A DNA stretch of 64,000 nt from Bugula neritina (lineage: Eukaryota > Animalia > Bryozoa), in contig OZ037771.1 in NCBI GenBank assembly GCA_964035545.1, forward strand, positions 11,722,480-11,786,479. Reading direction: 5' to 3'. A program made the translations under genes and the position numbers. Below the pieces are notes generated by a model. The model was not told where the DNA came from, did not search any database, and worked only from the letters and a program-made list of their open reading frames with translations. This document shows positions 12,451 through 25,010 of the stretch, piece after piece (the stretch's first letter is position 1; the number at the start of each line of letters is the position of its first letter).

Positions 12451-15400
12451 CAACCAAGCACCAACATCAGAAGAAGACCTGGAGATGTAACACTTGGACT
12501 CTTAATCACTTTGACACATAAAGAAAATCTCAACTGGTTGGGTTTGCAGAAGAATGAAAGATACTGGTAAAGAACTATACAAGAACTGCTAAAGAAGAGT
12601 TGAACAAGAAATGAAATATACGTTTCAAATCTTAGTCAGGTAATCAACATCACTAACTACTTTCTCTTTATTATATCTGCTTCAGAATTTGGTCTTGCTA
12701 TCTTCAAACACTCCTATATTTAAACTGGCACATAAATAACTTTACACCATTATTCTAGTTAACATAGAAGAACTTCAATCTCTTCTGATAGTAAGGGTTG
12801 GGGTAGTTCTATACTAACTGTATTCTGTATATTATCCAATAGTTTATCTTATCTGCAAACAAAAACTCATTGAAAATATTTTAGCTGGCATAGAAATCAT
12901 TTTGCATTTTTTGCTAACATACAAAGTGTAAGGTGTTTTCTATACCAGCTCTGTATTCCTTCTTTCACCTGGAACACAACTCTATATTTTAGTGACAACA
13001 ACAATATTCTAGTTGGCATAGAACAACTTTAATCTTGTCTGACAGAAAGTTCAAGGTGAGGGTTGTTCTATACTAACTGTATATTTTGTATTCTTTATCT
13101 ATATATTCTTTCATCAGGGAACACAACTCCAATTTCTAATTAGAGCAACAGTCTTCTAGTTAACATAGACTTGATCTTGTCTGTCATAAGTCTTTCCAAA
13201 TAGTTGTTAATAATTATTATTTTTAATTTCAATAGAACCTCATGACTTTCATATCTTCAAAGATCTACCAACAGGAGTAAATTTAAAATATTTTAGCTAG
13301 CATAGAAGTCATTTAACATTTTTTTGCTAACATACAAAAGTGTAAGATGATTTCTATACCAGCTTTATGTTTCTTTGTCGGGGAACACAATTCTATACTC
13401 TAGTATCAACAGTATATTCTAGTTAACATAGAACAACTTTAATTCCATATAATATAATGCATGGAGTTGAAGTGATTCTATACTAATTGTATATTTTGTA
13501 TCCTCAGTATGACATAGAGCACTGGGTTGGGGTGGTTCTGTAATACCTGTACGTTTTAAGTCTACAATTATCACAGCCTATACAAGTATGGCTTTATGAA
13601 ATATTTTTAATGTTAATAGCTTTGTAGACTTTCCAATCTCAATCTTTAAAAATCTACCAACAGAAATCCACTTAAACTATTTTAGCTGGCATAGAAATAG
13701 CTTTACATTTTTTGTTGGTATACAAAGTGTAAGGTGCTTTCCATACAAGCTTTATGTTCCTTTGTCAGGGAACAGAACTCTACTCTAGTGAGAAACAATA
13801 TTCTAGTTAGCATAGACTTACTTTTACCATGTCTTGTATAATGCACAAGTTGAGAGTTGTTCTATACTAACTGTATCCTATATCCTCAGTTTGATAAAAA
13901 GCTCTGAGTTGGGGTAGTTCTATACTAACTGTATATTTCCCAGTCTACCAAAATTGCTTTATAAAACATTTTCAACTTCTAGTGATATAAGCAACAATAT
14001 ATATTCTATTTAACATAGAACAACTTCAGTTTCATATGGTATAATGCATGGAGTTTATATAGTTTTATAGTAAATGTATATTTTAAGAAAGAAACAATAT
14101 TCCAGTTAACATAGAACAACTTCTTTCCAGTCTGATATATAGCACTGGGTTGGGGTAGTTCTATATTAACTGTATATTTATTTTATGTCTTCCATTGTCA
14201 AAGCTCATCAATATTGTTTCACAAATTTTGTTCAAATTTACTAAATATTTTGTACCTTCATATCCTGAAAGGTTCTGCAAACAGAAAGTCATTATTAAAA
14301 CATTTTAGCTGGCATAGAAATCATTTTATACTTTTTGCTAGCATACAAAGTGTAAGGTGCTTTCTATACCAGCTTTCTATTCCATCATCAGGGAACATAA
14401 CTCTGTATTCTAGTAACAGCAACAATATTCTAGTTAGCATAGAATAACTTTAGTCTTGTCTGACAGAAAGCACAAGGTTAAGGTTGTTCTATACTAACTG
14501 TGTATTTTATGTCCTCTGTATCCTCAGTCAGCACTGCAAACGATAATTCATTTAAACTATTTTAGCTGGCATAGAAATAATTTTACATTTTTTGTTATCA
14601 TATGAAGTGTAAGGTGCTTTCTATACCAGCTTTATATTCCTTCATCAGGGAACACAACTCTATACTCTAGTCACAACAATATTCCAATTAACATAGACTT
14701 ACTTTAATCTTGTCTGATATCTAAAGCACAAGGTGAGGGTAATTCTATACTAATTGTATATTTTATGTCTACTGTTATCCCAGTCTAAGAATATTGCTTA
14801 ACAAAACAAATTTAATTTTAGTAAAGCTTTATGACTATCATATTTTTAAAGTTCTGTAACCAACAACTATTCATTTGAATAATTTTACGTATTTTGCTAA
14901 CATACAAAGTGTAAGGTGCTTTCCATACCAGCTCTATATTCCCTCATCAGGGAACAAAACTCTATTCTAGCACCATCATATCTTGAAATGTTCTGCAAAC
15001 TGAAATTCATTTAAACTATTTTAGCTGCCATACAAGGTGCTTTTTATACTAGCTTTATATTCCTTCATCAGGGAACACAACTCTATATTCTAGTGACAGC
15101 AATAATAGTTTAGTTAACATGAAACAAACATAATTCTACATGATATAAAGCAAGGGTTGGGGTGATTCTATACTAACTCTATATATTGTATGTCCTTGTC
15201 AATATTGCTTTACAAAATTTTTCCTAAATTATTCAAACATTACCAAAGCCTTTGCACTTTTATATCCTAAAATGCTCTGCAACTAGAAAGCATTGAAAGT
15301 GATTTAGCTGGCATAGAAATAATTTATTACTTTTCTCCCCCATACAAGGTGTAAAGCTCCAATACCATCTTTATATTCCTTCATCAGAAAACACAACTCC

Positions 15401-17070
15401 AGTTTTTAGTTACAGCAACAAAAAAATTTAGTCAAAGTGGAACAACTTTTACCCAGCAAAGATATATTATATCATTTGGGTCTTTCCTTATTAACTCTAT
15501 TATGTTATACCTAAAATTATCTCGACCTACCAATATTGCTTTATAAAAGATTTTCAAGTAAAGCTTTATGGCAATCATACCTTCAAAGATCTACCAACAA
15601 CCGTTCATTTGAAATATTATTTTAGCTGGCATAAAATTCATTTTACATTTTTGCTAACATACAAAGTGTAAGGTGCTTTCTGTACCAGCTTTATATTTCT
15701 CTATCAAGAAACACAACTGCTTATTTTAATGACAGCAAAAACTGTTTAGTTAACATACACCAGGAACTTTATATGTATGTTGTTTTATCAGGGGACACAG
15801 CTCTTTATTCTAGTGACAACAATGTTCTAGTTAGCATAGAACAACTTCTATCCAGTCTAATATAGAGCACTGAGTTGGGGTAGTTCTATATTAACTGTAT
15901 ATTTTATGTCTGCAATTATCCTAGCCTACCAAGTATTTTCAACTTCTAGTGATAGCAACAATATTCTAGTTAACATAGAATAACTTTAATCTTGTCTGAT
16001 CAAAAGCACAAGGTGAGGGTTAGTCTATACTAACTGTTTATTTTTTATTCTCCATTTTCACAACCCCTCAATGAAATTAGTTGTATGACAGAAGAAATTA
16101 TACAGATGCTGTCTTGGTGGCATAGTTTTGAATCTAATCCATATAGTATAATACATGAAGTTGGATAAATCTTGACTATGGCTGGCTGTGTATTTTATCT
16201 CGATATATGCATTTAACAAAGCCTCTCAATATGTTTTAAGTTTTAGTAAAGATTGTGATTTTCAATTAGTTAAATATTCTGTGGACAGAACAACTCATTG
16301 AAAATATTTAGCAGGCATAGAAATAATTTTAAATTTCCATATGATATAATGCATGTAGTTGGGGTGGTTCTATACTAACTGTATATATTTTATATTCTCC
16401 AATATTTTATGTTCATATCTACAAACAGAAAACTCATTAAAAATATTTTAGCTGGCATGGAAACAATCTGGTATTTTTTGCAAACCTACAAAATGTAAGG
16501 TGCTTTTTATACCAGCTTTATATTCGCTCATCAGGGAACACAACCCTATATTCTAGTCACAACAATATTCCAGTTAACATAGACTTACTTTAATCTTGTC
16601 TGATATCTAAAGCACAAGGTGAGGGTAATTCTATACTAACTGTATATTTTATGTCTAATATTATCCCTGCCTACCAATATTGCTTAACAAAAAAATTTCA
16701 GTTTTAGTAAAGCTTTATGACTATCATATCTTCAAAGATCTGCAACCAACAACTGTTCTTTGGAAATAATTTTCTATTTTATGCTAACATACAAAGTGTG
16801 AAGTGCATTCTATACCAGCTTTATATTCCTTCATCAGGGAACACAACTTTATATTCTAGTTACAGCAACAATATATTCTAGTTAACATAGAACAACTTTA
16901 ATCTTGTCTGACAGAAAGTACAAGGTGAGGGTTGTTCTATACTAACTGTATATTTTGTATTCTTCATCTATATATTCCTTCATTAGGGAACACAACTCCA
17001 ATTTTTAGTTAGAAAAACCTCTATCCAGTCTGATATATTGCATTGGGTTGTGGTGGTTCTATTGTAACTG
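12446..17070 (+). ncRNA. Candidate pri-miRNA host, unit 2: non-coding exon 12446-12639 then ~22 hairpins
   Basis: Donor at 12639. Alternating family A/B hairpins, e.g. 14103-14172 CAGTTAACATAGAACAACTTCTTTCCAGT-loop-ACTGGGTTGGGGTAGTTCTATATTAACTG. Confidence 0.65.
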
Positions 17071-17875
17071 TATATATATTTTATGTTTTCCATTGTCAAA
17101 GCTAATCAATATTGCTTTCCAAAAATGATGTCTTTGATATTTTACAAAAAGGTCGGAAATGGCTATATCTCAACTATTATTCTGGGCAAACAAACTAATA
17201 ACAGTGATCAGGGTGCAATGGTTAGGTGGCCCATTGTGCCCAGTGTGGCCAAGTTGAAAATAAATGTGGTTCAAGGAAAATTTATTTTAGAGTTTGCTAT
17301 TATACTAGTTGAGCAATGTAGAGACAAGCAATGGCAACAATATCAGTAGAACCTAAGCTTGTTAGCTTTGAGTGCAACAAGTTATAAAGCTTTTATGACA
17401 TGTACAAAAAGTAGGCAAAAACAGTTTTTGACTCGCCTCTTCAACATGTATGCTCTGCAAGTGTTGAAACTACAATGGTTGAATAATTACGTCATTGCCT
17501 TTTTATTAAAGAAAAATTACAAATCTAAGTCACTAAGTTCTCTCACAATTTAACTGGCTTTTTGTACCCCTATGACAGTTGTGCCACTCCCCCCTCTGTT
17601 ACCCCTATATGTCTGGTATTAGAATATCCTCATACATAAGCTATTGTAAATTAAACTGTGATTACCAAAATACTTGTATAATTGAGTAACAACACCATTA
17701 TTTTTATGGTGTTGATACAAACATGATATATTGCTGCATATTTAAATTTTGATTTCTAACAAAATCAATACATTATTTCATAATTAATAATATTAAACTG
17801 GCTTAAAAAGTCTCTAAGTTTAGCATTTTTTTGAATTCTCAATAGGAATTCATTATTCAAAGCAGTATCGTTTTC

Positions 17876-18030
17876 TTAAAACAAGTTCAAGTGGGTTCCT
17901 TTAGCTACTTCATATTTTTGTTTGTGAGTTTCAAAGAGGTCTATGAAAGCTGCAACATATCTAGTGTGAGGTTCATTGATCTCTTCAGATGTTGGGGTAT
18001 CGTGCTGGTCTACTTCTATTGGTGAACCAA
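17876..18030 (-). CDS. Duplicated MOGAT last exon, intact (possible alternative terminal exon)
   Basis: 155 nt like the parent exon, intact TTTTTAG acceptor, open frame (V)GSPIEVDQHDTPTSEEINEPHTRYVAAFIDLFETHKQKYEVAKGTHLNLF*. Homology is certain; use in transcripts is unproven. Confidence 0.5.
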
Positions 18031-20477
18031 CTAAAAACAAGAGCTGAAAGGTTTATATTGTATTACCCATCACTTTCAAAAACACTGGGATAATATTAAG
18101 ATGTAAATACCAATCTACTCTCCAGTTTTCATTATTGTATGTTTCACAGTATATTACAAGCAGTCTCATGCCTACATTATGAAAGGTTGTTACAAAAAGC
18201 CCAGACCTTCTCTGTACCAGGGTGCTAAAAGATTATGCAATAGCCTTGGTGTAACGAGGTGCCACTGAAATATTATAATAAATAGCCAGGTGTTTAATGA
18301 AACACACAAAAATAATAATACCATATCTGTTCATTCAAACACTGCCTGGGCAGATGTGTCCACTGAGATCAGTCCTGAAACACTAAATTATAGAAAGTTT
18401 ACAGCTGATTTTATTGCTTTATTTCTGATTTTATTTTTAAATGATTCTGGGAAAGTATTATTATTGCCATTAGCAAACAGTTTGAATCATATAACAATTC
18501 CCATTATATATTTTTCTGTTAGCTACTAAACTGCCATATGAAAACAATGATGACTTATATAAGGTCAACTGTAGGTGTGATATGTTAACGACTTTTAACT
18601 TTTGCTAAAAATAATGTTCACCAATCTTAATAATAAATATAAAACTTTAAAACTCTTAAGCATTATAATCATTTATAGGGCACCATGCATATTTCATAAA
18701 GCACAAAGTGGTTGCATCTCTGTTTTCTGCCATTTTTCTCTGGGACCTGTGTTTCTACATATAAGCACAACAGGTAATGTTTGTTTGAAAATGAAAGTAG
18801 GGATGACATTTACTATGCTTTACATAATCAGGTTCCCATAAGTAATAATTAGATTGGGTACAAACTGAAAGTTTATGTACTTAGTAATTTCACTATCTTA
18901 TAATTAAGGGTTTCCTTAAAACTGTTGCTCCTGCCAGGCACATCTGTCAGACAGGTTTTAGCTAGAAATCCAACATTAGACTTTTATTGCCCAAAACTAG
19001 CTCAGCTGGCTTTCTGGTCACAAGGTAAATTATAGTTATAAGTTCTACAGGTAATTCTTTAAATAGGGGGCTTTTAATAAAGGTAAACTATTTGCAAACA
19101 GTTATTAACAAAGAAAGAAGTGAAAATGGCTGAAGAATTTTACGAATAAAGACTACCACTAAATATTTGAGAAAGTATTATACTAGGCTAACTAATTTTT
19201 TCTGCCACAGACCCTTGAACTCAACCTAGCTGCTCTCAAGTTACTGCAATATGAAATAAAAAATTAAATATAACTCTCCTACATAAATTCATTTAAAATT
19301 CTATATATTAACCAATATAGATATGACAAGCTTATCTCCAGGCAGCTAATTATAGCATAGCTCTAACTAAAGACAAATTACATCAAATTCATTTCTATAT
19401 GATAAGGTTTTGTAGGATTTTTACTAAAAAAACTACAAAACTAAAAAATAGGAAAATAGATGAAGTAAAATTTAATTTAATCATCGTAGAGATCTTTACT
19501 GTTTTCAATTCTAAAACAAATAATTTATAATTTAACTAAATGCATTAATTTATAAAGTCCCTCTTATAAAACTACTTAGGTACTCATGGTGCGATATGAA
19601 TCATGTTGCCATTCTATACACTGAACAAACAACTACAGTCAAAACTAGTTTAAAATTCATGAAAATTATTTGTTTTAAGCGTGTAACAATGGACAGCATG
19701 AGATAATTTTAATAAAACTGTGTCTTTTTTAGCACAAACACAATGAAAAGATGTGTAGTGGAGAAATTTGTGAAAGCTAACGCTGCTTATGGTCTTGCTA
19801 TACCAGATAAAACCTTGGTAATATTTGTTTTTGATAATTGAATAATTGAAATCTGTGTAACTGTTGGTAGATTATAATATTTTATAGAATATAACTTTTG
19901 AAAATGTACTCACTGACTATCTTTGAATAATTATATTTATAAACCTGATGCTAAAATTATAATTGAAACCTGTGTATTTGGACCACAAAATCAGCATATA
20001 ATGTAGAAAATAAAACTTGAAACTAAAGTTATTTGATGTTTTGCTTTTTATTTATTACTACTCTATTATCGTTAGGAGAAAATATACATATTAGCAGCAA
20101 GAGTTTACTTGAGAAACATTAAGGAGGCTCATAGTATGCTAAATTAATTTACCTGGCCCATATTGTAAAGTGTGTATCATTATGTAGCAAATTTGTGAGA
20201 AATGCTACTGAGAAGTTCCTAGGGTTAGTAGAGCTCTTATTTCTGGATTGAATAATATAATGAAAGAACTGGTAAAGAGAGCTTGGAAAACTATTATTAG
20301 TTAGCAAGGCAGCAGTACCTGCCATAAACACACCAGGTAGTCAAAAGCAAATGTATTATCAAAGCTTTCAGCTTCATCAGCTTTCATGTTATAAGTTATC
20401 CCTATCTAGTTTCATTTTCTAAGAAGTGCTTATGTTGTTTTCAAGGACAAAACTGTGTTTGACCTAAAAAAATAAAA

Positions 20478-20617
20478 CCAATAGATTGCTTTTGCAGAGG
20501 AGTCAACTGGGCGTGAACATTCTATTTGGTGGTTCAGCGTCCAATCACAAGTCATCTGAGTGGTTGCCTTTTTCCCAGACCTATATAAAGAGCTGCACTT
20601 CCAGGGAATCTCAGTGT
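20478..20617 (+). promoter_or_regulatory. Pol II core promoter, unit 3
   Basis: TATATAAAG at 20582-20590, TCAGT at 20611-20615, upstream CCAAT boxes; paralogous to unit 1. Confidence 0.7.
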
Positions 20618-23600
20618 CAACCAAACACCAACATCAGAAGAAGATCTGGAGATGTCACACTTGGAATCTTAATCACTTTGACACATAAAGCAAATCTCAA
20701 CTGGTTGAGTTTGCAGAAGAATGAAAGCTACTGGTAATGAACTATACAAGAACTGCTAAAGAAGAGTTGAACAAGAAATGAAATACGTTTCAAATCTTAG
20801 TCAGGTAATCAACATCACTAACTACTTCCTCTTTATTATATCTGCTTCAGAATTTGGTCTTGCTATCTTCAAACACTCCTTTATTTAAACTGGCATATAA
20901 AAAACCTCAAACCATTAGTGACTCAACAATATTCTAGTTAACATAGAAGAACTTCAATCTCTTCTGATATGAAGGGTTGGGGTAGTTCTATACTAACTGT
21001 ATTCTGTATATTCTCCAATAGTTTATCTTATCTGCAAACAGAAAACTCATTGAAAATATTTTAGCTGACATAGAAATCATTTTGCATTTTTTGCTAACAT
21101 ACAAAGTGTAAGGTGCCTTCTATACCAGCTTTCTATTCCTTCATCAGGGAACATAACTCTGTATTCTAGTGACAGCAACAATATTCTAGTTAGCATAGAA
21201 TAACTTTAATCTTGTCTGACAGAAAGTACAAGGTGAGGGTTGTTCTACACTAACTGTATTTTATGTCCCCTGTATCCTCAGTCAGCACTAGGTTGGGGTG
21301 GCTCTCTACTGTATATTTTATGTTTACAACTTTTAAAGTTTGTCAATATTGCTTTACAAATCTGTTTCTATTTTATTAAAGCTTTTGCACCTTCATATCT
21401 TGAAATGTTCTGAAAACTGAAATTCATTAAAAATATTTTAGCTGGCATACAAGGTGCTTTCTATACCAGCTTAATATTCCTTTATCAGGGAACACAACTC
21501 TATACTCTAGTCACAACAATATACCAGTTAACATAGACTTACTTCAATCTTGTCTGCTATCTAAAGCACAAGGTGAGAGTTATTCTATACTAACTGTATA
21601 AAAATCATTTCATACTTTTTGCCTACATACAAAGTGTATAAGGTGCTTTTTATACCAGCCTTACACTCGTTCATCAGGGAACACAACTCAAAATTACAAG
21701 AAAAATATTCTAGTTAGCATAGAATAACTTTAATCTTGTCTGACAGAAAGCACAAGGTTAAGGTTTTTCTATACTAGCTGTGTATTTTATGTCCTCTGTA
21801 TCCTCAGTCAGCACCGCAGACGAAGATTCATTTAAACTATTTTAGCTGGCATAGAAATCATTTTACATTTTTTGTTATCATATGAAGTGTAAAGTGCTTT
21901 CTATACCAGCTTTATATTCCTTCATCAGGGAACACAACTCTATACTCTAGTCACAACAATATTCCAATTAACATAGACTTACTTTAATCTTGTCTGATAT
22001 CTAAAGCACAAGGTGAGGGTAATTCTATACTAATTGTATATTTTATGTGTACTGTTATCCCAGTCTAGGAATATATATATTGCTTAACAAAAAAATTTCA
22101 GTTAACATAGCTTTTGCATTTTCATATCTTAAAATGCTCTGCAACCAGAAAGCATTGAAAGTGATTTAGCTGGCACAGAAATAATATTTTTCTCCCCCCC
22201 CCTCATACAAGGTGTAATGCTCTAATACCATCTTTATATTCCTTCATTAGAGAACACAACTCCAGTTTTTAGCTACAGCAAAAAATTCTTAGTCAAAGTG
22301 GAACAACTTTTACCCAGCAAAGATATATAGCATTTGTTTGGGTCTTTCCTCGTTAACTCTATGTTATACCTACAATTATCTCAGCCTACCAATATCGTTT
22401 TATAAAATATTTTCAAGTAGAGCTTTATGGCTATCATACCTTCAAGGATCTACCAACAATTGTTCATTCAAAATATTATTTTAGCTGGCATAAAATTCAT
22501 TTTACATTTTTTGCTAACATACAAAGTGTAAAATGCTTTCTATACCAGCTTTATATTCCTTCATCAGGGAACACAACTGCTTATTTTAATGACAACAAAA
22601 ACTGTTTAGTTAACATACACCAGGAGCTTTATATGCATGTTGTTTTATCAGGGGACACAACTCTTTATTCTAGTGCTAGTGACAACAATATTCTAGTTAG
22701 CATAGAACAATTTCTATCCAGTCTGATACAGAGCACTGGGTTGGGGTGGTTCTATATTAACTGTATATATTATGTCTGCAATTACCCTAGCCTACCAAGT
22801 ATTTTCAACTTCTAGTGACTACAACAACAATATTCTAGTTAACATAGAACAACTTTAATCTTGTCTGACAGAAAGTACAAGGTGAGGGTTGTTCTATACT
22901 AGCTGTATATTTTGTATTATCCATATATATACTCTTTCATCAGGGAACACAACTCAAAATTACACCAAAAATACTCTAGTTAACATAGAACAACTTCTAT
23001 CCAGTCTAATACAGAGCACTGGGTTGGGGTAGTTCTATATTAATTGTATATTTTATGTCTGCAATTACCCCAGCCTACCAAGTATTTTCAACTTCTAGTG
23101 ATAGCAACAATATTCTAGTTAACATAGAATAACTTTAATCTTGTCTGATTAAAAGTACAAGGTGAGGGTTGTTCTGTACTAACTGTGTATTTTTTATTCT
23201 TCATTTTCAAAACCTCGCAATGTAATTGGTTGTATGACAGAAGAAATTATACAGATGCTGTCTTGGTCATCATAAAAACTAGTAAGACATCGATAAGTGG
23301 CATAGTTTTGAATCTAATCCATATAATATAATACATGGAAGTTGGATAAATCTTGACTGGCTGTTATATATTTTATCTCGATATGCAAAGCCTATCAATA
23401 TGTTTTAAGTTTTAGTAAAGATTGTGATTTTCAATTAGTTAAATAGTCTGTGGACAGAATAACTCATTGATAATATTTAGCAGGCATAGAAATCATTTTA
23501 AATTTCCATATGATATAATGCATGGAGTTGGGGTGGTTCTATACCAACTGTATATATTTTATATTCTCCAATATTTTATGTTCACATCTACAAACAGAAA

Positions 23601-24245
23601 ACTCATTAAAAATATTTTAGCTGGCATGGATACAATCTGGTATTTCTTGCAAACCTACAAAATGTGAGGTGCTTTCTATACCAGTTTTATATTCCTTCAT
23701 CAGACAACACAACTCTATATTGTAGTCACAACAATATTCCAGTTAACATAGACTTACTTTAATCTTGTCTGATATCTAAAGCACAAGGTGAGGGGAATTC
23801 TATACTAACTGTATATTTTATGTCTACTGTTATCCCAGCCTACCTATATTGCTTAACAAAAAATTTTAATTTTACTAAAGCTTTATGAGTATCATATCTT
23901 TAAAGATCTGCAACCAACAACTGTTCATTTGAAATATTTTTCTATTTTATGCTAACATACAACGTGTAAAATGCTTTCCATACCAGCTCTATATTCCTTC
24001 AACAGGGAACACAACTTTATATTCTAGTTACAGCAACAATATATTCTAGTTAACATAGAACAACTTTAATCTTGTCTGACAGAAAGTACAAGGTGAGGGT
24101 TATTCTATACTAACTGTAATATAATCCTTCATTAGGGAACACAACTCCAATTTTTAGTTAGAGCAACAGTCTTCCAGTTAACATAGAAAAACCTCTATCC
24201 AGTCTGATATATTGCATTGGGTTGTGGTGGTTCTATTGTAACTGT
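20613..24245 (+). ncRNA. Candidate pri-miRNA host, unit 3: non-coding exon 20613-20804 then ~20 hairpins
   Basis: Donor at 20804. The same hairpin families run from ~20934 to ~24245. Confidence 0.65.
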
Positions 24246-25010
24246 ATATATATTATGTTTTCCATTGTCAAAGCTAATCAATATTGCTTTACAAATGATG
24301 TCTGATATTTTTCAAAAATGTCCGAAAGGGCTATATCTATAGATTTTATTAACATCTCAACTATTATTCTGAGCAAACAAACTAATAACAGTGATCAGGG
24401 TGCAATGGTCAGGTGGCCCATTGTGCCCAGTGTGGCCAAGTTGAAAATAAATGTGGTTCAAGGAAAATTTATTTTAGAGTTTGCCATTATACTAGTTAAA
24501 CAATGTAGAGACAAGCAATGGCAACAATATCAGTAGAACCTAGGCTTGTTACCTTTGAGTGCAACAAGTTAAAAAACTTTTATGACATGTACAAAAAGTA
24601 GGCAAAAACAGTTTTTGACTCCCCTCTTCAACATGTATGCTCTGCAAGTGTTGAAACTACAATGGTTGAATAATTACGTCATTGCCTTTTTATTAAAGAA
24701 AAATCACAACTCTAAGTCAATAGGTTCTCTCACAATTTAACTGGCTTTTTGTACCCCTATGGCAGTTGTGCCACTCCCCCATCACCCCCCTCTGTTACCC
24801 CTATATGTCTGGTATTGGACTATCCTCATACATAAGCTATTGTAAATTAAACTGTGATTACCAAAATACTTGTATAATTGAGTAACAACACCATTATTTT
24901 TATGGTGTTGATACAAACATGATATATTGCTGCATATTTAAATTTTGATTTCTAACAGTATTTTTTTGAATTATCAATATGAATTCATTATTCAAAGCAG
25001 TATCGTTTCC

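Noticed and set aside
17083-17349. Duplicated ORF (also 24318-24536)
   Set aside because: N-termini differ between copies, there is no domain, and it lies in the terminal/3'UTR region of the duplicated unit.
7280-24245. Minus-strand hammerhead array (CTGATGA-AGGAATATAAAGCTGGTATA-GAAA recurs as the complement of family A flanks)
   Set aside because: There is no stem II closing pair after CTGATGA and no stem I, and the stems carry A:C mismatches on the minus strand. The + strand hairpin explains the data better.
7280-24245. CRISPR-like repeat/spacer system or plain satellite
   Set aside because: Inter-hairpin sequences are themselves repeated rather than unique spacers. Irregular order plus compensatory pairing does not fit a simple satellite.
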